Below, one piece after another: positions 1-8,985 of a stretch of DNA of 64,000 bases (positions are counted from its first letter, which is position 1; each line of letters begins with the position of its first letter). The notes below the pieces were generated by a model. That model did not search any database. It had not been told where the DNA came from and saw nothing but the letters and a program-made list of their open reading frames with translations. A program made the position numbers and the translations under genes. This stretch comes from a plasmid, in sequence record NZ_CP064874.1; one strand, 5' to 3'.

Positions 1-415
1 CGGCCCACCGCTCGACGTCGAGGCCGACGTCTCGACCGTTCGCGATGTGGACTCGGACCAACCTTCGAAGCTGTCGACCGTACTTGTACGGCATGGTGCT
101 CTCGGCGGGGTACGCGGCAGCCAGCCCCGACTCCCACTCATGGATCCCGTCGACCACGACGCGATCGGCCCATGCGAGGCTTGCGGTTCGCGGGCACGCA
201 TTGGTGAGACTGCGAAGGAGACTGATGACCGCAACACGGTACTGATATGCCGTGCCGTCAGCCAGCGCGAACGTGCGTCTCATGTCGACGAGTGCGTCCG
301 AGAGCTCAGCGGCCAGGATCGGGTGCGCGAAGTCCAGCGGTCTGATCGTGCCGTCGTTGCTCCCGCCCGCGATCGTGAACGTCATCCGACGAGGGGAGAG
401 GTCGTGGCCGGTCAT
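1..415 (-). CDS. hypothetical protein, partial (runs off the window start); ATGA start/stop overlap with the upstream integrase
   Basis: Open reading frame from ATG at 415 on minus strand to position 1 without stop (MTGHDLSPRRMTFTIAGGSNDG...); stop of integrase (412-414) overlaps its ATG; high GC3. Confidence 0.4.
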   Translation of the reverse strand, partial: MTGHDLSPRRMTFTIAGGSNDGTIRPLDFAHPILAAELSDALVDMRRTFALADGTAYQYRVAVISLLRSLTNACPRTASLAWADRVVVDGIHEWESGLAAAYPAESTMPYKYGRQLRRLVRVHIANGRDVGLDVERWA

Positions 416-1824
416 TCTGCCTTCCGATCCGCGAGGACGGCGTCGGCGAAGGTCGCGGCCTCGTCGCTCCAGCTCTCGAACACGTCCTGGATGAGTGCGT
501 CTGTGTCCTCGATGTATCGCAGGTAGATCATGGTCGTGGCAGGGTTCGAATGGCCAAGAAGTCGCTGCACAGTCAGTCTCGGGTTGATCGCTATGTGCTC
601 GGACAGAGTGGCCGGTCCGAGGTTGCCAGCGCGGCGGTCGGCCTCACGGGCGAGCGCGACATCGGTGAGTGCCTTGAGGAGCACGACGGCGAAGGTGTGA
701 CGCAGATCATGCGGTGTGATTTGCGCTCGGCGCCCTCCCATCTCAACTTCAGCGAGCTCAAGGGTGCGACGACTCGCCGCGGCAAACGTGGCATGCCAGG
801 CTCGTCGACTTATCGGTAGCCCCCCTCGGCCCAGGAACAATCCCAGCGCCTCGAGCCCGTGATCGCGTTCGATCACCGCGATTCGGCGCAGGTGCGGCGG
901 GAGGAGATGTAGTGGCCATCTCGACCGGCGCCCGTCGAGCCGCCCACGGATGACGCCGGCAGAGACGTCGAGCTCGTCGACGACAAACAGATCGGCTCGA
1001 CGCGACCATAGTGAGTTGGCAGATGCGCGAACGACGGCACGGCGCTCCGTTCGGCGATAGAGGTCGACGGCGCGCAGTGCGGTGAGCGGAACATGGACAC
1101 GGCGCCGCTTCTGGTACTTGGCGCATGCTTCGAGGAGTACGGAGGCACCCGTGCCGGCGGGTGCGGGCAGCTCGGCATCCAGCAACGTCGAAAACTCGCC
1201 GAGTCGCATCCCTGTCGTCACGGCGACCTGCGCGCCAGCCTGGGAACGCAAGCTCGTTCTTCCCCGCCAACTCGCATCCAGCTCGCCGAGTGCGGTTTGC
1301 CCACCGAGGCCGATGTCGCGGAATGCGCGCCACTGCGCCTGACTCAACGGGCGTATGTCTGGCTCACTCCGCCACGGGTTGCGAAGCGCTGACGATCTCC
1401 CGATGGTGATCCACGGCTCACGACGAACCTGCCCGGTCTGCACGAGAAGCTGGTAGATCCCGTGAACGACGACGACGTCGCGTCGCCAGGTTGCCGGCGA
1501 GACTGCGCGATCCCCACCGCCGAGCCGCCACTCTCGGTACGCGACGATATCGTCGGCCGACGCGTGCACCACGTCAGTCCCACGATCTTCGAGGAATCCA
1601 GCGAAGCGAAGCGCGTCGTACGCGTAGTTGCGCACTGTCGACGTTGACGTCGAACCCGCAATGACCCGGAAGTAGGTCTGCCAGGGCTCAACCGGTCGCC
1701 ATCGATCGTCGAGCAGCACGGGCAGTCCGTCGGGAAGCGAACGTGAGCTCGCGTAGACGTCGCGCGTGTCTTCGTCGACGTCAGTGGGCACGGCGAGTTG
1801 GTGGTTGATGAAACGCAGATGCAT
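412..1824 (-). CDS. tyrosine site-specific recombinase / phage-type integrase
   Basis: ORF 412..1899; likely start MHLRF at 1824; C-terminal catalytic motifs HDLRHTFA and LLGHSNPATTMIYLRY typical of tyrosine recombinases. Confidence 0.85.
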   Translation of the reverse strand: MHLRFINHQLAVPTDVDEDTRDVYASSRSLPDGLPVLLDDRWRPVEPWQTYFRVIAGSTSTSTVRNYAYDALRFAGFLEDRGTDVVHASADDIVAYREWRLGGGDRAVSPATWRRDVVVVHGIYQLLVQTGQVRREPWITIGRSSALRNPWRSEPDIRPLSQAQWRAFRDIGLGGQTALGELDASWRGRTSLRSQAGAQVAVTTGMRLGEFSTLLDAELPAPAGTGASVLLEACAKYQKRRRVHVPLTALRAVDLYRRTERRAVVRASANSLWSRRADLFVVDELDVSAGVIRGRLDGRRSRWPLHLLPPHLRRIAVIERDHGLEALGLFLGRGGLPISRRAWHATFAAASRRTLELAEVEMGGRRAQITPHDLRHTFAVVLLKALTDVALAREADRRAGNLGPATLSEHIAINPRLTVQRLLGHSNPATTMIYLRYIEDTDALIQDVFESWSDEAATFADAVLADRKAE

Positions 1825-1906
1825 CGCTCTCCGAGGTTGTTCGGGTGGTCGATTGAGACACTGACCGAACGTACACATAACGGCGTGCGGCTGTGGCAAC
1901 TTCCTG

Positions 1907-3592
1907 GTGGTCGGCTACCGACAGATGCGAGCCCTCGATCTTGAGGTTCTGCTGCGGATCCAAGAGCTGTCCGGTGAGACGGCCCGCACAATGTTCTTCA
2001 CCGAGGAGCACCTCGCCGTGCGGCTGTCGAGCTTCCACGGGATCGAGCTCGAGGAATGGCCCGCGCAGATCGCAGCGACGGCGCTGCACCTGGTGGAACA
2101 CCAGGCAAACCAGGCGATGGAGCTGGCGCTTGGATCTGCACCAGATCCGCTGCCGCTGGACAAGATCAAGAGCATCGTCGTCGGCAACGCGCTGCGTGTC
2201 GACTGGGCAGCTGTCCTACAACCGACTGAGCACCTGTACATCATGGGCAATCCGCCCTTCCTCGGCCACGCCACCCGCTCGACCGAGCAAGCGCAGGAAC
2301 TTCGCGACGTGTGGCGGAGGGACGACATCGGTCGGCTGGACTATGTCACCGGCTGGTACGCGAAGGCTCTCGAGCTGCTCGGCCGTCCCGGCTACCGAGG
2401 CGAGTTCGCGTTCGTCTCGACAAACTCGATCGCACAGGGAGAGCCGGTGCCAGCGCTCTTCGGCCCTGTGTTTGCCGCAGGGTGGCGCGTCAAGTTCGCG
2501 CACCGGACGTTCGCGTGGACCAGTGAAGCGCCCGGCGCTGCGGCAGTGCATTGCTCGGTGATCGGTTTTGACCGGCCGTCGAGGAAGAGAGCGCGGCTGT
2601 TCGACTACTCAGGAAACCTCAAGGGCGAGCCCGTCGAGATCCCCGTCGTGGATCAGCTCAACGGATACCTGGTCGACGGTCCCATTGTGCTAATCGATCA
2701 GCGGCGAAGCCCGCTGGCGTCGGCTCTCCCTCCGATGGTGTTCGGGAACATGGCTCGCGACGACGGCAATCTCCTGATCGAGCCGGCCGACTATGCGGAA
2801 GTGATGGCAGATCCGATCGCCGCGAAGTACGTCCGGCCGTTTGTCGGCGCCCGACAGCTCATCCACAACGAACCCCGGTGGTGCCTGTGGCTCGTGGATC
2901 TTGACCCCAGCGACATCGCCCGATCCCCGATACTCCGCGGGCGGCTGGATGCCGTGCGTCAGTTCCGCGCAGCGTCGAAGGCCGAGTCCACGCGACAGAT
3001 GGCGGACACGCCGCACCTGTTCGGTCAAAGGTCGCAACCCGACACGCCCTATGTCTGTGTGCCGCGGCATGTGAGCGAGACACGCAAGTTCTTCCCGACC
3101 GCCCTGTTCACCCCTGATGTGATCTGCGGTGACGCGAACTTCAAGGCAGACGACCCAGACGGCCTCGCCTTCGCAGTGATCTCGTCGTCGGCATTCATCA
3201 CCTGGCAGCGCACTATCGGCGGTCGCCTTGAGTCTCGTCTGCGCTTCTCGAGCACCCTGACGTGGAACACTTTCCCCTTGCCCGCCCTCACCGACACGCA
3301 GCGTGCCGCCATCATCGCCGGGGGGCAAGCCGTTCTGGATGCGAGAGCGCTACGCCCAGAACGCTCGCTCGCAGACCACTACAACCCCCTCGCGATGTCG
3401 CCCGAACTGCTCCGGGCGCATCGTGAGCTCGACACTGCTGTCGACAAGGCCCTGGGCCTGCGGGGGATAGCGACGGAGGCTGACCGACTGCGAGCGCTGT
3501 TCGCCAGCTATGCGAAGCTCACCACGGTCGACGAGCTCGCGATGCCGAAGAAACGTCCCCGCAAGGCGACAGCAGCGAGTGCGGCATCGTGA
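1907..3592 (+). CDS. N6-adenine DNA methyltransferase, MmeI/type IIG-like (or PglX-like) catalytic motif IV plus target-recognition region; appears to lack motif I, so probably 5'-truncated
   Basis: MGNPPF (NPPF motif IV) at about residue 116, FVSTNSIAQG block, long C-terminal TRD-like region; no FxGxG/DPACGSG AdoMet motif upstream; starts 8 bp from the divergent integrase start. Confidence 0.6.
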   Translation: MVGYRQMRALDLEVLLRIQELSGETARTMFFTEEHLAVRLSSFHGIELEEWPAQIAATALHLVEHQANQAMELALGSAPDPLPLDKIKSIVVGNALRVDWAAVLQPTEHLYIMGNPPFLGHATRSTEQAQELRDVWRRDDIGRLDYVTGWYAKALELLGRPGYRGEFAFVSTNSIAQGEPVPALFGPVFAAGWRVKFAHRTFAWTSEAPGAAAVHCSVIGFDRPSRKRARLFDYSGNLKGEPVEIPVVDQLNGYLVDGPIVLIDQRRSPLASALPPMVFGNMARDDGNLLIEPADYAEVMADPIAAKYVRPFVGARQLIHNEPRWCLWLVDLDPSDIARSPILRGRLDAVRQFRAASKAESTRQMADTPHLFGQRSQPDTPYVCVPRHVSETRKFFPTALFTPDVICGDANFKADDPDGLAFAVISSSAFITWQRTIGGRLESRLRFSSTLTWNTFPLPALTDTQRAAIIAGGQAVLDARALRPERSLADHYNPLAMSPELLRAHRELDTAVDKALGLRGIATEADRLRALFASYAKLTTVDELAMPKKRPRKATAASAAS

Positions 3593-3924
3593 GCTGGCCG
3601 TACCCGACCGTCCGCGTCGATGGGACCGCGACGGTCGATGAGGAAGGGGAGAATCAGGTCTGCGCCTGTGGCAATGATTCGTGGACTCAGGACTGGCGGA
3701 GCGCCGATCGTCTTGGGCGTCTTGCCTTCGATGCTGCTGGTTCGGCCGACCCCGACGAGTTCGCGGTCTGCCCAGTGTGCGGCCGTGTGTATCCCAACGC
3801 TGCTCTGTTCCACGGCGCCGCGGCCGCGGTGGCTCGCTATGAGATCACTAGTGCCGAGTTCATTGCTGCGCTACAGCGGTATGACCACGACGCCTACGGA
3901 TCCGGCGGGTCGCTGACGAGCTGA
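3589..3924 (+). CDS. hypothetical small Cys-rich (zinc-ribbon-like) protein
   Basis: GTGA overlap with methyltransferase stop; CxC...CPVC motif; high GC3. Confidence 0.45.
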   Translation: MSWPYPTVRVDGTATVDEEGENQVCACGNDSWTQDWRSADRLGRLAFDAAGSADPDEFAVCPVCGRVYPNAALFHGAAAAVARYEITSAEFIAALQRYDHDAYGSGGSLTS

Positions 3925-3969
3925 GTCACGCGGTCGTCGTCGGCACGGGGCTGTCGGTGCGCCGGCATA

Positions 3970-4251
3970 GTGTTCGCTGTTGTGGTGCAGCACTGGTCTC
4001 CGATGTCTCAGCTGCAGGCGTCGCCGGAGCCGGGGATCTGGTACGTGTTCGACCACAGCAAGAGGATCGCGATCATCCGCCATGTCGAGATCCGCGGCCG
4101 TAGGCTGCTGCGTTCCGTGACGTTCGATCGCGATCCCGAGCGGCGAGTGTTGATCGGCTACTTCCCCGACGATGCAATGAGGCTCGCTGTCGAGTGCACC
4201 TGGTCGGAGTATGTGAGGGCGACTGGTCCACCGGTGAGCAATCGTCGATGA
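3970..4251 (+). CDS. hypothetical protein
   Basis: 93-aa ORF with coding-like GC3, no recognisable motif. Confidence 0.35.
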   Translation: MFAVVVQHWSPMSQLQASPEPGIWYVFDHSKRIAIIRHVEIRGRRLLRSVTFDRDPERRVLIGYFPDDAMRLAVECTWSEYVRATGPPVSNRR

Positions 4252-4409
4252 TCGCGTGCCACCGGGGCAAGAGAAAACGGCACCCGGCCGGAGCGTGGAA
4301 ATTGTCACATTCACCAACGATCCAACTGAGGAGGAGCCATCGCCCCGAGGGGCGGAAGGGAACCTGCTCAACAGCCGGGTGCCGCGCCTTAGTGTACCGC
4401 GCGGGGCGG

Positions 4410-4685
4410 TCAGAGCGGGGTGGATTGGAGGAGCTCGTCAGCGACTCGGTCGAGCAGCTGAGGGGTGAGCTGCTCGTGGCGTCCTGCGCGCTTTATGGCG
4501 TCGATCGTCGCGAGGATCGTGGTGTGCGCGTCCGGTGCAGAGGGGATGGTCTTCTGTGCCTGTCGGATGCGTGCGCTGAGCTCAAGGATCGCGGTCTCGT
4601 CGCGTTCATTGTTCGCGTAGCCGGCGGCGAGCTCGAGCGACTTGTGTAGCAGGCGGGTCTCGGTGGTGGTGAGCGGTGCGGTCAT
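4410..4685 (-). CDS. hypothetical protein
   Basis: 91-aa ORF, 4-bp overlap with the upstream ORF 4682..4966; followed by GC-rich hairpin 4375-4408. Confidence 0.45.
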   Translation of the reverse strand: MTAPLTTTETRLLHKSLELAAGYANNERDETAILELSARIRQAQKTIPSAPDAHTTILATIDAIKRAGRHEQLTPQLLDRVADELLQSTPL

Positions 4686-4966
4686 CGTGTCCTCGTGTTC
4701 AGGAGATCTGCGGTCAGTCGGGCGAAGCGTGTGTCGACGTCGCGCTGGTCGGGGAGATCGACGTCGGCCGCGATGGGTCGGGCGTCGTAGAAGTGGTGCC
4801 GGATGACGCGGCCCCGGTGGTCGACCAGGCCCTCACCCTCGCCCTCGATCGGCTCGAGCAGAGCGACGATGGTGACGGCGAGCTCGCGTGCTGTCGCGCG
4901 CTCCCGGATGAGGGCATGATCTCCGAGGCGCAGTGCCGGCCACGCAGTGAGCTCGGGGTCGGTCAT
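4682..4966 (-). CDS. hypothetical protein
   Basis: 94-aa ORF translationally coupled to neighbours (4-bp overlaps both sides). Confidence 0.45.
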   Translation of the reverse strand: MTDPELTAWPALRLGDHALIRERATARELAVTIVALLEPIEGEGEGLVDHRGRVIRHHFYDARPIAADVDLPDQRDVDTRFARLTADLLNTRTR

Positions 4967-5208
4967 GAGGGTGTTCCTTCCTTGCTTCTGGGGGAGGAGC
5001 GGCGTAGCCGCCGAGCGGATTTGGGGAGGGGTTCGTTGCGAGGCAGCTTCGCGAGGCGCCAGTCATCGCGGACGGCGATCGCGGCGGCGAAACAGGTCAT
5101 GAGCGTGGGGTGGTGGTGGTTGGCGCATCCGGCGCGGGTCTGACATCCGAGGTCGTAGCCCTCGGGGCTGCCGTGGATGATCTGTCGAGCGACCTCGTCG
5201 GAAAGCAT
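4963..5208 (-). CDS. small protein with HG-x3-GY-x2-GC-x4-GC-x-NH Cys/His motif (paralogue of 63227..63478)
   Basis: IHGSPEGYDLGCQTRAGCANHHHPTLMTC aligns with LHGTTAGYLAGCRSKGGCPNHGNRQLLTC of ORF 63227..63478. Confidence 0.5.
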   Translation of the reverse strand: MLSDEVARQIIHGSPEGYDLGCQTRAGCANHHHPTLMTCFAAAIAVRDDWRLAKLPRNEPLPKSARRLRRSSPRSKEGTPS

Positions 5209-5218
5209 GGCCTGGTCC

Positions 5219-5629
5219 TCAGTCGAAGCTGGCGTCGATCAGGAGGTCGAGCGCGTCGGCGAGCTCACGGAGCCTGTAGCTGCGTCGACCGGCGATGACG
5301 TGGCCGAACAGGTTGACGAAGTGCAGCTCGCGAGTGGTGGTGTCGGCGACGGCGACGGTATGGACGTCGTGAGCGTCGATGTACTGCCAGCTGATGATGT
5401 AGTTGCGGCCGGCGACGTGCGCTTGAGCCCAGCGGAAAAGCAGTGCACCGAGCGGACCATCTTCGGATGCGCGGGTCGAGTAGGGGTCGGCTGGCACGAT
5501 CGCGTCGACGGAATGGAAGCCGACAGAGGAGCGGGAGATCTCGTAGCTGTCCAGCGGGATGTCGAGGAAGAGATCGTTGTAACGGGTGCCGGTGTCATCG
5601 GTGATGACGATGTTGTTCAGAGTGCTCAT
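5219..5629 (-). CDS. hypothetical protein
   Basis: ORF 5219..5791 trimmed to internal Met MSTLNNIVITDD (start at 5629). Confidence 0.45.
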   Translation of the reverse strand: MSTLNNIVITDDTGTRYNDLFLDIPLDSYEISRSSVGFHSVDAIVPADPYSTRASEDGPLGALLFRWAQAHVAGRNYIISWQYIDAHDVHTVAVADTTTRELHFVNLFGHVIAGRRSYRLRELADALDLLIDASFD

Positions 5630-5655
5630 CGTTGTCAGTCCTCTCGGGTGGGGGG

Positions 5656-6378
5656 TCATGCGGCGCAGCTGGCGAGCTGCGCGCGGAGCGTGGAGTAGTC
5701 GGCCGGGTTGACCGTCAGCTGGTAGGCGGTGAGGACGTCGACGAAGCGCGCAGCGTAGGCGCATCCGTAGTCCGCGTTCGGGGGCATCCATTCGGAGGGG
5801 CCGCGATCGCTCTTCGACTGGTTGGTGCTGCCGTCCGTGGCCTGCAGATTGAGAGGATCGTTGGCGAAGCGCTCACGCTGGGCCTCGTCCCATTCGTCGG
5901 CGCCCTGACGCCACCCCCACGCGAGCGGCACGACATGGTCGATCTGCACGAGCTCACTCGTGCCCTGGCCGCGCTCGAAGGCGATCGTGAGCCCGGTGTA
6001 AGGGTCGTGAAGCGTTCCGGTGAGGACGACGCAGTCGTGTGTGCCGGGCTTGGTGGTGATGTTCTCGAGCGCGGCCGCGAGTGCGTCGTTGCGCTGGTCA
6101 CAGCCGTTGCGGTCGATGTCGGCCCAGCGTTGCCCGAACGCGTCACGGTCGTAGCTGTCCTGGTCGGCTGCATCGGCCACGACGAGCTGCTCGAGCTCAT
6201 CGAGGGCTGCGGCGGCGTCCGCGGAGATCTCTGCGGTAGGCACAGGCACAGGCGCGGGCGCGGTGTCGGTGAGGTCGCTGACGCCGGAGGGCTGGCTGGT
6301 GATCGCGATCGCGCCAGCGAGCAGGGCGACGACAACAGCGCCGGCGGCGGAGGCGAGGCGTGTGGTTCGGCGGTTCAT
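5656..6378 (-). CDS. secreted DUF1524 / HNH-like nuclease-domain protein
   Basis: ORF 5656..6864 trimmed to MNRRTTRLASAAGAVVVALLAGAIA (signal peptide) at 6378; C-terminal IDHVVPLAWGW ... GSTNQSKSDRGPSEW resembles GmrSD C-terminal/DUF1524 nuclease fold. Confidence 0.6.
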   Translation of the reverse strand: MNRRTTRLASAAGAVVVALLAGAIAITSQPSGVSDLTDTAPAPVPVPTAEISADAAAALDELEQLVVADAADQDSYDRDAFGQRWADIDRNGCDQRNDALAAALENITTKPGTHDCVVLTGTLHDPYTGLTIAFERGQGTSELVQIDHVVPLAWGWRQGADEWDEAQRERFANDPLNLQATDGSTNQSKSDRGPSEWMPPNADYGCAYAARFVDVLTAYQLTVNPADYSTLRAQLASCAA

Positions 6379-6389
6379 GAGTGGTCCGT

Positions 6390-6593
6390 TCAGAGGAAGA
6401 GGGCGGCGCCGAGTACGACGGCCGCGGCGACCGCGGCGACGCTGAGGAGAAGGGTGACGAGGAACTTGAGGCTGCGCCGTACCGTGCGCTCTGCGCGGCG
6501 TGCAGTGTCGACGGTGACGAGGATGCCGACGAGGCCGCCGCTGCCCAGCAGAAGGGGAGCGAAGTCGCGGGCGGTAGACAGGGCGAGATCCAT
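6390..6593 (-). CDS. small membrane protein
   Basis: 67 aa, two hydrophobic helices; RBS GGAGGAACCC; immediately downstream of motif-2 copy. Confidence 0.45.
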   Translation of the reverse strand: MDLALSTARDFAPLLLGSGGLVGILVTVDTARRAERTVRRSLKFLVTLLLSVAAVAAAVVLGAALFL

Positions 6594-6617
6594 GGGTTCC
6601 TCCGGGGTATTCGTCTA

Positions 6618-6651
6618 GGGGTATAGGTCGCAGTTCGGGGTGTTCGCGGAC
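6618..6651 (-). promoter_or_regulatory. motif-2 copy a: TGTCCGCGAAC-N16-TATACC (minus-strand reading), putative promoter
   Basis: plus strand GGGTATAGGTCGCAGTTCGGGGTGTTCGCGGACA; lies between terminator hairpin 6661-6690 and RBS of 6593 gene. Confidence 0.55.
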
Positions 6652-6660
6652 AGAGATTCT

Positions 6661-6690
6661 CGGGGGCGGGCATAGGCGAGCCCGCCCCCG
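6661..6690 (-). terminator. GC-rich hairpin after gene 6698..7573
   Basis: CGGGGGCGGG-N10-CCCGCCCCCG inverted repeat directly 3' of stop at 6698. Confidence 0.5.
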
Positions 6691-6697
6691 AGGGCTG

Positions 6698-7573
6698 TTA
6701 CGCGGCCGCGGCCTGGTCGTCGGCGCCGAGCATGGCGTCGGCGATCGCGTTGACGGCACGGAGGACGTTGCCGGCGACGCTGCGGATGAGGTCGACGTCA
6801 CCGCCGGCCCATCCTGCGACGTACCCGATCGACCACGCGGACGTGTCGAGTCCGAGGAGGCCACCGGCGCAGTACGCGACCGACTCGGCTTCGGTCTCGA
6901 TCACTCCGCGGTGCTCGCGGGTGCTGCCCTCGTCGAAGTGCAGAAGTGCGTGACCGATCTCGTGCAGGAGGGTCTTGACGCGCATGGCCGGTGCCATCTT
7001 GCTGTCGACCCGGATCTGTCGGGCCTGGCCATCGGTGTACCCGTTGAGCCCGTCCTGTGCGATGTCCTCGAGCGCGACATCCCAGCCCTGCGCGGTGATG
7101 AAGTCGGCGAGCTGGTCGAAGAGGCCTGCGACGTCGTCGCCCTCGAGGTAGATGGCCGGCTGCTCGGGGAGCGGCTCGCCATCGGTGTCGCGGACGTCGA
7201 ACACGGAGAGCACCGGGTAGATCACTCGACTGCTGGTGGACTCTTCTCCGGTGGCCTCGTCGACCTCGACGATCCGCTTGGTGGAGTAGCCGAAGATCTT
7301 GATCGACTTCGCGCCCTTGACGACGTGACGGCCGAGGGTCTCCCACTGGCGGTAGCCGAGGCAGTGGGTGCCGCCCTGCGCGAGGATGAGCATCTGGTTG
7401 GAGAACGAGCGCCGGCGGACGATGCGCGCGAAGCGCAGCCAGGCCTTCCAGTTCTCGCTCTCGGCCAGCGTGGCGACCTGTGCGGTGAGCTGCTCGTGGA
7501 GCGCCTCGGCCTGTGCGCGGCGCTCTTCCGGGGTGCGGCGGGTGGTGCCGCTGCGGCGGGTCTTGGTGGTCAT
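6698..7573 (-). CDS. ardC: ArdC-like antirestriction protein (ssDNA-binding N-domain plus zincin-like metallopeptidase HExxH)
   Basis: ORF 6698..7660 trimmed to MTTKTRRSG (RBS GGAGGA); N-terminal DUF1738-like block; LLHEIGHALLH zinc-peptidase motif. Confidence 0.7.
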   Translation of the reverse strand: MTTKTRRSGTTRRTPEERRAQAEALHEQLTAQVATLAESENWKAWLRFARIVRRRSFSNQMLILAQGGTHCLGYRQWETLGRHVVKGAKSIKIFGYSTKRIVEVDEATGEESTSSRVIYPVLSVFDVRDTDGEPLPEQPAIYLEGDDVAGLFDQLADFITAQGWDVALEDIAQDGLNGYTDGQARQIRVDSKMAPAMRVKTLLHEIGHALLHFDEGSTREHRGVIETEAESVAYCAGGLLGLDTSAWSIGYVAGWAGGDVDLIRSVAGNVLRAVNAIADAMLGADDQAAAA

Positions 7574-7599
7574 GGTGTCCTCCCTCAGAGTGGACGAGT

Positions 7600-7647
7600 A
7601 GTGAATGTGACATTCACTAGTATGAGGCATTCGATATGCCCCGTCAA
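7600..7647 (-). promoter_or_regulatory. promoter/operator copy 1: TTGACG-N17-CATACT followed by 19-bp palindrome AGTGAATGT-S-ACATTCACT
   Basis: Operator at 7600-7618, about 27 bp upstream of ATG 7573; -10 at 7619-7624, -35 at 7642-7647 (minus-strand sense). Confidence 0.7.
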
Positions 7648-7678
7648 CTCCGATTTGCACCCGCCTGCAGCGGGGGTC

Positions 7679-8632
7679 TCAGCCCGGAAGGATGTCGGTG
7701 GCGGCTTTGGGGTACGCGGTGCGCGGCAGCCCGATCGGCAGCCGGCGACGCTGGGAGCTGCTGCCAAGAGGGAAGGCGTATCGGAAGTTCCCCGGATGCC
7801 TGATCTTCGTGACATCGAGCGCGGCGAGCGCCTCGCGCAGCCAGGCTCGCGGGTCTTGCCCTGCGCGGCGGATGGGGGCGCCGAGCGAGACCAGGTGTCG
7901 CTCGGCGGCGTCGGCGCCTCGCTCCTGTCCTCTTACCTTGGACAGAGATCTCTCGGAGAGCACGAGGCCGCGGCGGGGGAGGTAGTTCAGGGTGCGTGCG
8001 GTGCTGCGGCCGAGGGCGATCGCGTTGACGCTTTGGTATATCCCGCCGATGTGGCCGGGCGAGGTCTGTTCGATGCGCTCGATTGTGGTGCCGTTGTCGA
8101 GGGTCTCGGTGATCTGTCGGCGCCGTGGCAAGGGGTCGGCGAAAGAGACGACGCCGCGGATGCCCCGGTCGTAGGCGTGGCGGAAAGCGCGTGCGAGGAA
8201 CCAGGATTCGGCGTTCGCGGGTGTGTCGGTGAGTACGAATCGGCCGAGCTCGATGCTCTGTTCGTAGGGCTCGAGCGTGCCGAAGACGGAGCTGAGGACT
8301 CCTCTGCTCATCGGGGTGGAGAAGGTGGCGACGCCGACCAGTGCCATCTCGTCGACCATGGCGCCGTTGATGGGGAAGCGGTCGTCGCGGGTGAGCAGCC
8401 CGATCGAGAAGCGTGCTGCGGGGAAGGATGCTGCGTAGTGCTCGTCGATGACGAATGCTCGCGCGGCGGCTTCCGTGATCGGGGCCACCTGGTATAGACG
8501 GGGGTCGAACCCGCCTTCGGAGATGTGGCGCCACGAATGGGCGCCGCGAGACCAACGCTGGCAGTAGTCGCTCGCGGGGGAGGAGGGCGGCTCGGCCGGC
8601 ATGAGTACCGGCCGAGCGTTCAGGGTGGGCAT
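7679..8632 (-). CDS. hypothetical protein
   Basis: ORF 7679..8701 trimmed to MPTLNAR at 8632, 5 bp after stop of upstream gene; no confident family assignment. Confidence 0.5.
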   Translation of the reverse strand: MPTLNARPVLMPAEPPSSPASDYCQRWSRGAHSWRHISEGGFDPRLYQVAPITEAAARAFVIDEHYAASFPAARFSIGLLTRDDRFPINGAMVDEMALVGVATFSTPMSRGVLSSVFGTLEPYEQSIELGRFVLTDTPANAESWFLARAFRHAYDRGIRGVVSFADPLPRRRQITETLDNGTTIERIEQTSPGHIGGIYQSVNAIALGRSTARTLNYLPRRGLVLSERSLSKVRGQERGADAAERHLVSLGAPIRRAGQDPRAWLREALAALDVTKIRHPGNFRYAFPLGSSSQRRRLPIGLPRTAYPKAATDILPG

Positions 8633-8636
8633 GAGG

Positions 8637-8960
8637 TCAGATCTGCGCAGCGATCGCGCGGAGCTGCTCGTCGACGTCGGGGGCGACGTCGATCCACTCA
8701 CCGGTCCTGGGGTGCAGCCCGACGATGAGCGCGGTGCTGAACAGCAGTGCGCTGCGGCCGTGCTCGGTCAGGTAGAGCGAGGCGAGCAGGTTCGGCTCTG
8801 TGACCTTGAGACCGGCTTCCTCGTCGACGAGCAGTGCGTGGCCGTTGGTCAGGCGGAGCTCTGCGACCCAGCCGCCGATCTCGCGCTGGTAGTCGGGCAG
8901 CTCGTCGATGCGGATGGTGTCGATCTCGCCAGCGGGGGTGATCTTGATGGCCGTTGTCAT
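8637..8960 (-). CDS. DUF3846-like protein
   Basis: 107 aa; pattern GEIDTIRIDELPDYQREIGGWVAELRL...LLVDEEAGL matches DUF3846 proteins common in actinobacterial phages/ICEs; RBS GGAGGAC. Confidence 0.5.
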   Translation of the reverse strand: MTTAIKITPAGEIDTIRIDELPDYQREIGGWVAELRLTNGHALLVDEEAGLKVTEPNLLASLYLTEHGRSALLFSTALIVGLHPRTGEWIDVAPDVDEQLRAIAAQI

Positions 8961-8985
8961 GGAGTCCTCCTCAGATCAGAACGGT

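Noticed and set aside
758-1333. Several 90-190-aa ORFs overlapping the integrase (both strands)
   Set aside because: Alternative frames of the integrase gene; Arg/Pro-rich low-complexity translations.
5632-6618. 328-aa plus-strand ORF
   Set aside because: Antisense to the DUF1524 nuclease and small membrane protein genes; Gly/Arg/Val-rich, typical of a spurious GC-rich reverse frame.
6911-8497. 528-aa plus-strand ORF
   Set aside because: Antisense to ardC and the 7679-8632 gene; no domain signal; runs across the operator and terminator.
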